In this document: positions 12,915 through 25,419 of the stretch, piece after piece
Numbering within the stretch: position 1 is the first letter of the stretch
Layout of the letters: each line of letters starts with the position of its first letter
Assembly (NCBI RefSeq): GCF_009834535.1
Contig: NC_045697.1
Coordinates: 52,206,001-52,270,000, forward strand
DNA: 64,000 bases
Source of the DNA: Camelus ferus
Lineage: Eukaryota
Reading direction: 5' to 3'
Notes under the pieces: generated by a model
The model's input: the letters and a program-made list of their open reading frames with translations, nothing else
The model's database searches: none
What the model was told of the DNA's origin: nothing
Made by a program: the position numbers and the translations under genes

Positions 12915-14010
12915 TCCTTCAATCTGCAATCACCAGGCTGAAATAATCCCTCCTGTATTTGCTCGCATCCTTTTCTTCCTTGCCTCTTCTTGAAGGGAAA
13001 AAGGTATTGCCCTTCCTATCAATGACAAATCCTTCTGCTTATGCTCTGGACCCAGTTCTTCTCACCTTCTTACTGTCTCACCTGTTCAGCCTTGCTCTGT
13101 TATTTCCTCTTTCTTGTGTCTCCAACTTCTCTCTTCTTACTGGCTCCTTTCCATCAGTGCTCAAATATTTTTCACTCTCTCCCAATTAAAAACAAAAGTC
13201 CCTCCTCAATCCCATATCCTGCTTAAGTCATATCTTACTTTTTGCCTCTCTTGACAGAAAAATATATGGGAAGTTTGCTACTTGTATTTTCAGTTCTAAC
13301 TACACCTCTACACACTGCAGTCTGGTTTCCACCACCATTGAAGTGCTCTTCACAAGCCCTCCACCTCAATTTCCAATATATTTTAGTCCTTACATTTCTT
13401 ATGTTCTCAGCCACATTTGATACATTGGTAATGCTGTCCTCAACACCTTCTCCCCTGACTTTGATGACACTATATTCTAAGTTTCTGGTTATTTTTCCTC
13501 AGTATCATTTGTGGACTCCTACTTTATTCATCCCTTCTTTGTAAGCATTCCTCAAAGTTCTGTATCAAAACAGACTTTTTCTGTTCTCATTCTTCTAATC
13601 TTTCCTATGTAATCTCATCTATTTCCATGGCATCAATTACCATCTTCATGTTGATGGCCTCCAACTATATGTCTCCAACCCCAATTTCTTTCCTAGTTTT
13701 CAGATCAGAATGTCCATTTCTTTTAAAATTCATATTGGAGTTTCAAACTCAATATATGCAAAACTAAACTTATCTTCTTCAAAATATTTGTTCCATCTTC
13801 AGTGTTCCTGGTCTCAGTTAATGGCACTACCATTCACTGGTTTCCCTGGTCAAAAAAAGGGAGTCATCTTAACTCTTTCTTCTTCCTCTTCCTCTATACC
13901 AATCAGTTCTAGTCTTTAAATACTGTTCAAATTAGTTTACTTTCATCATTCCCATTGAAACTACCCTAGTTCAGGTCACAATCACTTCTCATCTCTATTA
14001 CAACTCTCTA
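12915..14010 (+). mobile_element. L2 LINE body
   Basis: Pyrimidine-rich L2 text: aaatccttctgcttatgctctggaccca; cactgcagtctggtttccacc; tctcagccacatttgatacatt; atttccatggcatcaattaccatct; tctcagttaatggcactaccattcac. Confidence 0.8.
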
Positions 14011-14019
14011 GAAATAGTC

Positions 14020-14290
14020 GGCAACAACTAGCTAAAGGTATGCCACAGGTATATTGCTTTCCTTTCCTGCTGTCTTAAAGATAGGCTATCTTTAAAAAAA
14101 AAAAAAAAAAAAAGCTGACACAAAGAAGGCAGAAGTAAAGAGGAAGCCTCTTATAGCACATGAACCCCCAGGTAAGCAATGCCTGAAATCACATTTCTCT
14201 CAAACTTTCGAGTTATCTGAGCCAATGCATTTCATGTTTCTTGTTGATTAAGCAAGTGTATTGGATTTCATCACCTGCAATTTAAAAGCC
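14020..14290 (+). mobile_element. Old MaLR LTR fragment (MLT1J/K-like)
   Basis: aagctgacacaaagaaggcaga...aagcaatgcctgaa...agttatctgagccaat...ttaagcaagtg...ggatttc...acctgcaa. Confidence 0.6.
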
Positions 14291-14299
14291 ACATAAAAT

Positions 14300-14560
14300 C
14301 ATTTGACCAGGACATAATCTTTTATTCTCAGTTCCTAGTGCAGTGCCTGGCCAATGCTTAACTTGTCGAATGAATGATGTATACAAAGCACTTTACATTC
14401 ACTTTTATCTCCATACCAACAAAAAGCAAAGTGCTTTCACTGATTCAACAAAAATGTGTTGAACGTGTACTATGGATCATTATTCTAGATACTGGGAATA
14501 TAGCTCTGAACAAAACACACAAAACAAAACCCTACTCTAATGAAATTCACATGTAGTATA
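14300..14560. mobile_element. Two L2 3' ends, tail to tail (+ about 14300-14378, - about 14437-14560)
   Basis: cctagtgcagtgcctggc...tgtcgaatgaatga and cactgattcaacaaaaatgtgttgaacgtgtactatg...tagatactgggaatatagc. Confidence 0.65.
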
Positions 14561-14904
14561 TTTAAAAATAATGAATCTAATGAATAAGAAATTAAGGCAT
14601 GCTGTTTGGTGGAGGATTTACTATTTTTGTCTGTAAATACTAGAGAATCCCCTTGGATTTTAGGTAGCAAGATAGGATGTCTGAACCAAAGAAATCCTTC
14701 AGTGTTTATCAGCATAAGATATTTATATGAAAATGAATCAAGGACATGATATTCACAAAAATAAGATTCAAACTAACTTTAGGGCTTAAAAGTACATCAG
14801 AAACAAATTCTTTTATAGAGCACTAAGGATCCAGATCACAGACACTCAGACTCGCTGACTCTTTAGGTCAATATTCAAGGTACCATAAAAAAAAAATGAT
14901 ACTT

Positions 14905-15192
14905 AAAATAAGCAGTCCTAGAATTGAATCCTGGATTTAAATAAAAGCTGTTCCTTCTTAGGAAAGTTTCTTAAACTTCCTAAGCACAATTTCCTCATGA
15001 TTAAAGGAGGATTATAACACTGAGTTCACTAGGTCTGTTGTATTCACTGTGAAAATTAGCCAGTGATCATTTACCATTAGTTGAACGAACACTGATATAA
15101 ATATTAAGTGAGATGATAAATATGAAATCATTTATACGATGTAACGTGCTATATAAACGTTAGTTGATTTGGTGTCATCACTATTATTATTT
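14905..15192 (+). mobile_element. MIR fragments
   Basis: aattgaatcctgg...cttaggaaagtttcttaaacttcctaagc...tttcctcat...ggattataac; attaagtgagatgataaatatgaaa. Confidence 0.55.
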
Positions 15193-18104
15193 CTGTGAGA
15201 GCCAAGGCTGTGGGAGAGCTGGGTAGGAGAGGGTACTAGAAAGAGAAGAAAGTGTGAGAACTGACTTGAAAAGAGTTTCATGTCTAAGCGTCTAGAAGGA
15301 GAGTGAGCAAGGCCAGCAGCGATGAGCAACATTTCCAAGCAGCGAAGTTTGGTCACTGCTTCTGGTCTCCAGACTCCTTTGTAACGTTCATGTTTCTCTC
15401 CATAAAAACTCCTAATCCTATACTCTGTCCGTGTACCAAAATTACCTCCACACTGCCATTGTCTAAACTGGTCTTAGGAAAGCTATCTGATTAGATAACG
15501 TTTACAGTGCTGTGGAAATGCTGCTATTTTTGTGTCCTGGGGCTTTGCAGAGCATCTTGATTTTCCTATGGAATGTCACCTCCTCCTGTAGTTACTGCTT
15601 AAGGTTAAAATTCCTCCACAACAGCAGTAGGCTCTGCATGACGTTTTTCCTTTTCGTTTTTGTATTTTCTAATTTTTCTACCAGAATTCGGAATTGTCAT
15701 AAAAATGAAAATACTATTTTTGAAAAATAGACTTAAATAAAACCAAAATGCTCCAACGGTTTATTTCTGTTCCTTCTTCATTATCAACTGCCAACTTAGC
15801 TTTCTAATTATCTGAATCTGAGTTTCTCTGAAATGACTGTTCTCTCTCTCTTTAAAACTAATCGCAGCACAGTTGGAATCTAAATGTTTTAATCCTTAGC
15901 TAACTTGTTTACCCTCTCCAGCATTTGGAAATTTAGAACAGGTGGATAATGATTTCTTGTCTTGCCTTGTCTTGAGAAGTTTTCAAGGTAAATCCTGTGT
16001 GTGGGCAGGAACTGTCTCTAAGTGATGTGTTGAGATTTAGGGAAGAAAAAATTGATTAAGAGAAGAGGAAGCCTAAAGTCACAGACTTGTATTCTCCCAT
16101 CTCTGAACTACTTTCCAAATTATCCTATTTACCTTAGCTGTATAGACATTTTTTTTCATTTAAATGAATAGCTTTCTATTAAAACATTTTTGCTAGCACA
16201 ATAAATATCATACACACAATTAAATGTGTTGACTTAATGTTGTTGTTAGGCTTTCATTGGAACAAGCAATGTTATCCTATATCCTCTAAATCTTTCACAT
16301 TTCTGACATAGCATAGCTGTTTGCTCATAACCTTTTAAAGAAGAAATAATACTGGTCATGTCCAGAGGGTCACAAGGCTAAAGACAGGCTAAGGACCTGG
16401 GATGAGGAGCAGATGTAGAAGAGAGTCAGACACAGGAAGGTGCTCAGAACCTGTAAGTTAAGGTGGGTCTGAACCCAGTGAGCTGTGGGCAGTGGAAGCA
16501 TACACATTCATTGTCACAAGCCTGCAGGAGCCAAAAGTCTGTTCAGACCATATAAGGGGGTCACGGCAAATAAAACCAATTCTACAGAGGAGAGATTAAT
16601 AATGGGCAGGGTTTGGGTGTAGCTCCTGGGTAACAGCAACAAGTAGAAACTTTCAATTTTGCCAGCTTCCTGTTCCATCCACTGGGTTTTTATGTGGTTC
16701 TTACTGAAATGGAGACAAACCAGTGTGACGCGTCACAGTCTAAATAAGGAGCAGGTCACAGAAGAGTATGAAAGAGAGAAGAGAGGGTAGGAAGTTTAAG
16801 TTCATCTTGGGGGGAGGGGAAGGAGAGGTACAGGACACAGTTCTCTTAAATTTAAAAAAGAAAAAGATAAGAAAAATAATTTCAAATGTTTGAATTTGGG
16901 GATCGAATAATCAGCATTATTTTGACCACCATCCCCCACTGAACATTATTCTTAGATTTGGCAAGAGTCAATAATCAAATTTTAGAAATTTAAGAAAAGG
17001 ACAAGAAAAACTACCTTCACCATATTTAAAGAAAGTAAATGCTATCCTAACACTTATTTTCCTGAGGGTCTTTTAAAGACTCACTATTTAGTCACAAACT
17101 CATCTTGAATGGTTGGTATAGGGGACGTGTAGCTTTGAACCATCTTCATTTCCGAAAAATACAACCCTGTGGCTTCTCCAGTGTGTAAGTGAAACAAATA
17201 TCCTCCTTGGAGCAAAACTGTTGCTACTGAAAAGAGGAAGCAATCTTATCCAGGACTGATCAAGAGAAAAACAGAATGCTGAAATCTTATTAACTTCCAA
17301 AGCCCCGAAGAGCCAGCAGCGCCACCACAGATTTTTCTGAGTTTAGTCAAAAAGGCAATATGATTCTAAGAATGAATCAGGGATAAATTAGGTCTTCTTG
17401 AAAAGTATTACTTTTTAATACTTATGTTTAAAAAAAGAATTAAAAGTAAGTCTTTGTTTCTATATGCAGAAAATCTTGTATCTAATACTTGCCTACTCAG
17501 TTTGCTTGGGTTTCTCTTAGGGAAGTGGTGGGAAAGATACCTATGAAAATAGGAATTAAGGATTTCTATTAACAGAAATAGAATGATCACATTCTATGTC
17601 ATCTTATGTGGGGCTCTGTGTATCTGAGCAAATGGTGTGATAATCTCAGAATGAAAGGCGACCTGTGGAAAAGCAAACTATGATTAACTGTGACAGACTT
17701 CCTCAGAAAGCAGGATTTTTTAATCCTGAAAAACTGTAAACAGAAGCAAAGATGGGCCGATACGGATTCAAGGTTGCGAGCAGCACTTTGGTATGGAGAA
17801 AACTGTTCTAAAGCAAAGACAAACTCACCATTATTTTTCTGTTCTGACAAGCAAATCTGTAAATTAAAGGGACTTTTCAGGCCAATACTCAAAATTAATT
17901 AATTCCTAGAAATCCCCGGAAACCAAGTGACAAACTCTTGACCTTTGTCCACACTTCTTTTTAATATCAACAACAAGGAGCTTAACAGGACAAGGGGCGA
18001 TTCCCAGGGGCATTTAGTAAAGTTTGTCTCTTACCAGGAGTCTGGAAATCCAAGTTTCAACAGCTGTGGGATTTGGGGCTAGTCATTTACCCTCTCTGAG
18101 TCTT

Positions 18105-18323
18105 TTTTTTTTCTTTTAATTGCAGTAGAGTTGATTTACAATGTTGTGTTTACTCCTGGTATACAGCATAGTGATTCAGTTATATATATACATACATACA
18201 TACATATACTATTTATATAAATATATATATATTTCTTTCCACATTCTTTTCATTATAGGTTATTACAAGCTATTAAATACAACCCCCTGTGCTGTACAGT
18301 AGGACCTTGTTGTTTATCTGCTT
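18105..18323 (-). mobile_element. L1 3' tail inserted in a MIR, with 12-bp TSD
   Basis: Poly-T, then agttgatttacaatgttgtg...ccctgtgctgtacagtaggaccttgttgtttatct. TSD tctctgagtctt 18093-18104 / 18324-18335. The flanks rejoin as a MIR core (gtcatttaccctctctgagtctt...ctcatc). Confidence 0.9.
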
Positions 18324-18439
18324 TCTCTGAGTCTTAATACTCTCATCAGAGGATGGAAGTGTGCTACAAACCATTATTTGCCCTAGTATCGCTTTTACTA
18401 ATAACCCCTGCCCCCACACCCCCGCCCCAAGTTCCATTA

Positions 18440-18829
18440 AGGCACAAGGGTGCCCAGCTAGTGACTGTATTTCCAAGCTCCCTTTCAGCTAGGAATGGTC
18501 ATGAAATAGCGAAAGTGATTTAGCAATCTTTATATTATTCCTTAGAGATGAATCCACTTGCCCTGGACTTCCCTGTCCCACCAGCTGGGAAATGTCAGCA
18601 ACTGAGCCACCACCCTGGATCCCGCTGGGACCTCACAAGTGAGGATGGAAGAGTCTCCCTGCCAGCCTGGGTTCCTGAGCAATGTTACCGAGCCAAGAAG
18701 TCCCATCAGCCCTGCAGGACTCCCTCTGGACTTGTGTGTGGCAGAAAAGGAATACGCTTCTCTTTTTAAAGCTCCTATAGTTTGGATTGTCTCTGTTATG
18801 TTAGCTTATCCCCAAACCTAGCTAATGCA
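18440..18829 (+). mobile_element. Old MaLR LTR (MLT1H/I/J-like)
   Basis: tgtatttccaagctccctttcagctagg...cctgggttcctgag...tctggacttg...tctctgttatg...cctagctaatgca terminus. Confidence 0.65.
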
Positions 18830-19634
18830 GAAGTTCCTAAACAAATAATCGTGAAGTATGTTCCAGTTCTGAATGGAAGAAACATAACAGGAGAAGCAGA
18901 ATTTTCCTTTAGGACAGAAGCAAAAGGTAGAGTAAACCTTGTTATCCTGCCAATGATGATCGCAGAAGCACATGTTCAAGCTTAAGATCAGTTTTTAAAT
19001 GATGGTCTTTTCTCCTTTCTTAGCAACCCAGACTCGGAGGCCCCTTTATTACGTCTTTTAATTGCTCTGTTAATCACTTCCAATGTTCTTCCATTTTACT
19101 ACCATGCAGTATGACACTAGATTACCTTCACTACAAAGGCTATCTTTAAATTCCCACAGGCATTTAGTAAAGTTTTATTATCCCCAGGCATAATCCTATG
19201 AGAAGATTAGATCACTAAAAGTAGTTCTCTGCCTATCAGCACAAGGCAGCCAGGGAGGGCTTGCAGATGATGTGGGGTCTGAAACCTTGAAATCCTGCAG
19301 CTTACAGAGCGGAGCCAGAAGGAGCTCTGGGAAAGTCACCTGAATCAGACTTGCTTTTGTTTATACAAGTTATTGACCAAAAGGAACTTAAAGAGCTCTC
19401 TCACGGCTTTGTAAAAACCCAGACTTAAATACTCGATTTTTCACAAAACTTTTTTTTGGTGGGGGTGGGGAGAAATTGGCGAGGGAGACTTTTGTCTATC
19501 CAGGTGTCGGGTGAGCTGGGGAGAGCTTTCCTGGAAGCTCCTCTGAACCTGCTCTAACCTTCCCTCTTCTATTTCTTATTATCTATTTATTTATTCGTTC
19601 ATTCATTCATTCATTTACTGTAGATTATGATTTT

Positions 19635-20238
19635 CTTTTAAAAATTTTTAAAATTTGTTACAGAATTTTAAAGATTACTTTTCATTTACAGTTATCCATA
19701 TTGGCTATATTCCCTGTGTTGTACAATATACCTTGAGCCCATCTTACACCCAAAAGTTTGTGTCTCCCCCTCCTCACCCATATGTTGCCCCTCCTGCCAC
19801 TGGTAACCACTGGTTTGTTCCCTATGTCTATGGAGTCTGTTTATATTCCCTTGTTTGTTGTATTTTTTAGATTCCACGTGTAAGTGAGATCATACAGTAT
19901 TTGTCTTTCTCTGTCTGACTTATTTCACTTAGCATAATGCCCTCCAAGTCTATCCATGTTGCTGAAAATGGCAAAATTTCATTCTTTTGTATGGCTGAGT
20001 AGTATTCCATTATATATAAAATAATATTCCATTATATATATGTACATACATTACATATATATATACATACATTATATATACATACATATATACACATATA
20101 CATACACTATATATATACATGCATGCACATACACACACACACCCCCCACATTTTTCTCCATTTATCTGTTGATGGACACTTAGGTTGTTCCCATATCTTG
20201 TCAACTGTAAATAACGCCACTATGAACATTGAGGTGTT
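19635..20238 (-). mobile_element. L1 3' end (ORF2 C-terminus and 3' UTR) with internal (TA)/(CA)-rich expansion
   Basis: tagattccacgtgtaagtgagatcatacagtatttgtctttctctgtctgacttatttcacttagcataatgcc...gatggacacttaggttg. Microsatellite at about 20010-20141. Confidence 0.9.
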
Positions 20239-20807
20239 TTTACACCTGCACACAAATTGTCTTTTTATTAGTTATTAAACATTTTTATTAGCAATATTTT
20301 CATTTGAACTTTAATTTGAAGTCTCAATGATCTGAAAAGATTACATTATTAGACTTATTTTTTTGTGCCAATTTAAACCTTGCAATCTGTTGATGTCTGA
20401 AGGACAAAAACACATGGATGACAGATGAAAACTTCCCAAGAGAGCCTTTTACACAGGGGAGAGATCTGGCAACCTAAATACCAGCTAAATGTCACTCAGC
20501 CTTGGAGTGTGGAGTATCTAAGGGAAGGACTAAAGGAATGCTAAGAAAGAAAAGTGGGGGGATGCAAAGTCCTGTACCCACCTTCTAAGTTACCTCCCAG
20601 ATTACCTCCCAGAGCAATCATTTGAAAACACAAATCTGATCACTGTCATTCCCCTGCTTAAAAACCATAGTTTACTATGGCCCTTAGAAAAATGTACAGA
20701 ATCCTACCTTGACCTAAAAATGTGTCCTATGCCTGGACCCTATTTATCCTTCTGAAATCACATGAAACTATAACCTCTTCTCCCATCTCCAGGCTAAGTA
20801 TATGCAG

Positions 20808-21483
20808 TGTTATCGACTGAATTGTGTCATCTACCTCCCCCCCAAAATATGTCATATGTTGTAGTTCTAACTCCCAGTACCTCAGAATGTGACCTTATTT
20901 GGAAATAGGGTCATGGTGGATATAATTAGTTAAGATGAGGTCATTCTGGAGTAGGGTGGGCCCCTAACCCAATAAGACTGGTATTCTTATAAAAAGGGGC
21001 AATTTGGATGTGGACAGGGGGAGGACACCATGTGAAAATGTACACAGAAGAGTAGATAAACAAGATTATACTGTATAGCACAGGGAAATATACACAAGAT
21101 CTTATGGTAGCTCACAGAGAAAAAAATGTAACAATGAATATATATATGTTCACGTATAACTGAAAAATTGTGCTCTACACTGGAATCTGACACAACATTG
21201 TAAAATGATTATAAATCAATAAAAAATGTTAAAAAGAAAAGGAAAAAAAAAAAGAAAATGTACGCAAAAATGGGAGTGATACTTCTACAGGCCAAATGAC
21301 ACCAAAGATGGCCAGCAAATCACCAGCAGCTAAGGGAGAAGATGGAACACGCTCTTCCTCACAGCCCTCAGAAGAAACCACCACGGCTAACACCTTGACC
21401 TCAGAACCGAGAGACAAGAAATGTCTTGTTTAAACTCCCCGGTCCATGGGACTTCATTATGGCCACCCTAGGAAACTATTGCA
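20808..21483 (+). mobile_element. MaLR solo LTR (MLT1B-like) containing a nested L1 tail
   Basis: tgttatcgactgaattgtgtc...cccagtacctcagaatgtgaccttatttggaaatagggtc...gatgaggtcat...ggtgggcccctaa; 3' end ggaaactattgca. Confidence 0.9.
21050..21253 (+). mobile_element. Young L1 3' tail with TSD, same subfamily as 3754-3941
   Basis: gggaaatatacacaagatcttatggtagctcac...ttcacgtataactgaaaaattgtgctctacactgg. TSD gaaaatgtacacagaa 21034-21049 / gaaaatgtacgcaaaa 21254-21269. Confidence 0.9.
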
Positions 21484-22804
21484 TGGGATTTCTCCCAGCT
21501 CCACATGGATCTTTGCTCATGCTGTTCCATTTGCATGGATTAAGCAACATCCCTAGCCAAATTTTGCTTTAAGTTTTGCTTTAAGTGTAATTTCCTTGAG
21601 AGAGAAATCTTCCCTAGCCTCCCAGACTCTTCCTCAATCTACACTTACCATAAATTCAACAAGGTTCTCAACTTTTTCAAAGGACTGTGCACTCTTGAAT
21701 TATTTGTTTACTTAATGTTCTGTATCTGGCTATAAGCCCAGGCTAGGACTCTGTGTGTCTCATACATGGCTGTATCCTCTGTGATCAGCACAAAATTAAT
21801 GCTCAAGAAATATTTATTGACTGGTTCCCTTGATTTTAACTTGGAATCCTTCGTTCCCAAACATTGTTTCAAAGATCCCACATCCTTAGTAATAATTCCC
21901 ATCAAAATATTTCTATCCTCATGTATATATTCATGTGCCTGAAGGCAGCCTCATATTTCTATAATTCGTTGTTATCATACCTAACATTTTATTCCATTCC
22001 ACCACACATCTGTATAAGCAATAACATTTGTAAATGTACCAGTCTCCAGGAATGTTTTTGATTTGGGTCCTATATTACTGAAAAGAATCTCAATTATTTG
22101 GCAAGCTGACATCCTCATAAGATTCTATCTGTCCAGCAAGGCAGAGGAGGGAAATCATATGAAAGAGAACATGAAAGCAATGAAGCACTTTTTAAACAAA
22201 TACTTGTTTAACCTGTGATTCCTGTTATGAAAACTCTTGGTGATGTGCTGAGGGTTGGAAGGAAGAGTGGTGAGAGATTTGCTGAGAATTAGGTGGAATC
22301 TATGGAATAATGAAAGTTCATCTCAAAATGTCTTTATCTGTGTCTCCCTTGATAGATATAGGTATAGATATATTTGTAAAAGGGAAAAAAAGAGCAGATG
22401 GTTCTAGGTAGGCTAGTTCTATCTCGCAGGTCAATTCTAACTTTGTTTGATTTTGACTTCTAAAGAATTGCAGTAGTCCTCGAAAAGGGTCTACTTCACC
22501 AGATAGCTTCAGAAAGCTGTCTGTGATGAAACTCACAATGAGTGTCTTCACTGAGTGGAAACGTTCTGATTTATCCTAAAGAGAAGTTCCTGAGTAAGTG
22601 TGTGTTCAACAGATACTCTCTTAACAGGATTGCAGTTGGATATGCTACAATTTTTAGTATCAGATCTTCAGACAGACTATGCTGGTCACAGAAGGACTCT
22701 AGGGTGGCAGGTCTGTTTTGAATTCCATCATATAATGACATAAACCACAGCAAGGCCAACTACTCTTGGGCACAGGAAGAATAATGTGACTAGACTTGTC
22801 CTAG

Positions 22805-23140
22805 TCATTCATTTAATAAATGTTTCTTGAGCACTTACTCTGTGTCAGTGATCGTGGTGGATGCTGTTAAGACAAAGTGGAATAAAACAATAGTAACAAT
22901 AAAAATAGCTTATTCTTACTGGCTGCTGATTATGTTCTGGGAACCATGCTAAATGCTCTATATACTTTATCTCCTTTAATCCTCACCGTAGCTTTCTGAC
23001 ATAGGTACTATCATTGTCCTCATGGTATGAAGAACTTAAGTCCCAGGAAGGTCTAGCAGTAGGTACAGATCAAAGAGCTAGCATTGCAGTACAGCTATGC
23101 CTGACTCCAATGCCTCAGTGCCTACCCAGTGCATTAGACT
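22805..23140 (-). mobile_element. L2 3' end (about 22805-22890) followed by MIR (about 22890-23140)
   Basis: cattcatttaataaatgtttcttgagcacttactctgtg; aatagcttattc...tttaatcctcac...aggtactatcattgtcc...tgcctgactcc. Confidence 0.7.
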
Positions 23141-23428
23141 AACTCACAGTACAGAATGACTCCATTACTATAATTTTCTCCCGAATCCATGAAATTCAGG
23201 TTGAGCTTCTGACCTGAGAAAGAGAGTCTAATAGCGAGTTTGAGAAAGGGGATTTAACTCCACAGTAATACAGAAATGACATTAAGTAACCTTTCCTTCG
23301 AATGAGTTTATGAGCCATTTCACATAAGCTCCCCAAGTTCAAAAGTCAGGATTATAGTGATTTGGGCTCATCTCAAGTGAGCTTACGAAAAACAGAAATG
23401 AAAGAAAGGGACTTTAGACCCTCAGGCC

Positions 23429-23430
<2 letters not shown>

Positions 23431-23463
<33 letters not shown>
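23431..23463. repeat. (GT)16 microsatellite
   Basis: Directly visible. Confidence 0.97.
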
Positions 23464-23466
<3 letters not shown>

Positions 23467-24289
23467 GCGCACAGCAACACAGCATGAAAATAGTGTAGAA
23501 AAATGACCTGGAGTTTTGAGTCAAGACAGAAATCCAGTCTCTTTTTTAATCACTAAGGCAGAAATTGAGTTTGTATATATTTTTGGTAGGGAAGAATTCA
23601 TGGCTTTCATGAACTTCTTTTAAGATACTCTGACCCAAAATTTTGAGCCAAGACAGAAAAGAAAAACATATTTTTCAAAAATCCAGACAGAAGATGATAT
23701 ACCAATGTAACTATTGGTTGAACTTAGAATTCTCAAAACAATTTTAAGGCCACCCCAAAACAAGAGAATCACTGGCTTCTGTTTTATTAGAGCCTGTGCA
23801 TTCCGTGATATGTGTCATTTTGATATTTCATCTTTCCTGTTAGAGAGCACACGCATCTTCCCCGCCACTAGGCTTTCCTTCTGTTTATTCAACACTCCTG
23901 GCCTTTCTCTGCCTCCCTCACTCATTCATTCCCAGAAGAGTAGGAGTGAGTTAACCTGATTGGTGAATTTGAGAGAGAAACTGGGGAAGTTTTCAGCAAA
24001 CATGTGCTCTCCTCTATAGTTTTGGTGGAATCTGCACTTGGAGAAGAGGATGCTGCTCCATTCTAGTGCAGACAAGGCTCCACAGATGAACCTCCTCATT
24101 CTACATTCAACATCTGGGAGCCAACTTGTCCACAAATATAAGTCAAGTTTCCAATGGTAGTTTTATCAGTAATTAAGGTCATATTTTTTGGCCTCTATCT
24201 ACTGAATTTTGTTTTCTTATTTCTCAATTATTCTGAAACTGAATGAGGAAGTAGTGTATTATTTATTAAGTTCCTTTAAAGATCCACAA

Positions 24290-24968
24290 AACTCCTGGGC
24301 ATATATCCAGAGGGAACTTCAATTCGAAAAGATACACACACCCCAATGTTCATAGCAGGACTATATACAACAGCCAAGACATGGAAGCAACCTCAGTGTC
24401 CATCAACAGATGACTGCATAAAGAAGCTGTGGTATATTTATACAATCAAATACTACTCAGTGATTAAAAAAAAGAATAAAATAATGCCATTTGCAGCAAC
24501 ATGGATGGACCTGGAGATCAGCATTCTAAGTGAAATAAGCCAGAAAGAGAAAGAAAAATACCACATGATATCACTCATATGTGGAATCTGAAAAAAAAAA
24601 AAAAGAAAGAAAGAAAGAAAACAAAAGAAAAGAACGAAAGAAAGAAAGAGAGAAAAGAGGACACTCATGAACTCATCTACAAAACAGAAACAGACTCAGG
24701 CATAGTAAACAATCATGGTTACCAGGGGAAAGGGAGTAGGAAGGGATAAATTTGGATATTTGAGATTTGCAAATGTTAACCACCATATATAAAAATAGAT
24801 GAAAACCAAATTTCTTCTATATAGCACAGGGAACTATATTCAATATCTTGTAATAACCTTTAAGGAAAAAGAATATGAAAACAAATGTATATACATGACT
24901 GGAACATTACACTGTATACCAGAAATTGACATATGATAACTGACTATACTTCAAAAATAAAAAAGAAA
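24290..24968 (+). mobile_element. Young 5'-truncated L1 with an open ORF2 C-terminus and 3' UTR
   Basis: ORF 24346-24591 MFIAGLYTTAKTWKQPQCPSTDDCIKKLWYIYT...MPFAATWMDLE..ILSEISQKEKEKYHMISLICGI* is typical L1 3'-end coding text. Closely similar to 56188-56887. Confidence 0.93.
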
Positions 24969-25419
24969 ACCCCAAACTGTAGATAAGTTGATAACAGTAG
25001 CTTGCAAATGGGACACAAGAAAAGAAATACTTCGCTTTGGTATACTCTGGAAATAAAGAACTAGAATTAGATAGAGGGTTTTTTTTAAAAAAAATATCAT
25101 ATTGGCCCAATGTTTCTATCCCCAAGCATTACTAACATAGCCCGGTGAGGCCAGATCCAGTGTGGTCCATTTGTAAATGGGTATGTTATCAGTTTAACTG
25201 AAAAGGCCACAAAAGTTACAGGAAGATAGCCTCTATCCCCAGTTCTACAGCCAGCGGAAACATCTAATAGAGAATTGGAATTAACTTTAGAGGACTTAGT
25301 GGGGATAATTCTGAGTAACAAGGGAGAGTTCTCTATATAATATTCAGACATTTTATTTTCCAGCCATGCAATCTTTCATCTTTTATTTTCTTGTCTATGC
25401 ATCATAACTGAAGCAGAAT

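Larger units (their letters stand above)
20610..21825 (+). mobile_element. L2 3' region split by an MLT1 LTR (pieces about 20610-20800 and 21485-21825)
   Basis: tttgaaaacacaaatctgatcactgtcattcccctgcttaaaaacc; ctttgctcatgctgttcc; gctcaagaaatatttattga. Confidence 0.7.

Noticed and set aside
16340..16586. Possible old LTR ending in aataaaaccaattctaca
   Set aside because: I could not match it to a family or define a 5' end or TSD.
22680..22795. Weak resemblance to a CR1/L3 fragment
   Set aside because: The similarity is too low to call by eye.
23560..23650. Possible hAT-Charlie MITE fragment
   Set aside because: Short and degraded with no clear termini, so left uncalled.
24346..24591. 81-aa ORF with real protein similarity
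   Set aside because: It is the 3' end of a 5'-truncated L1, not a host gene.
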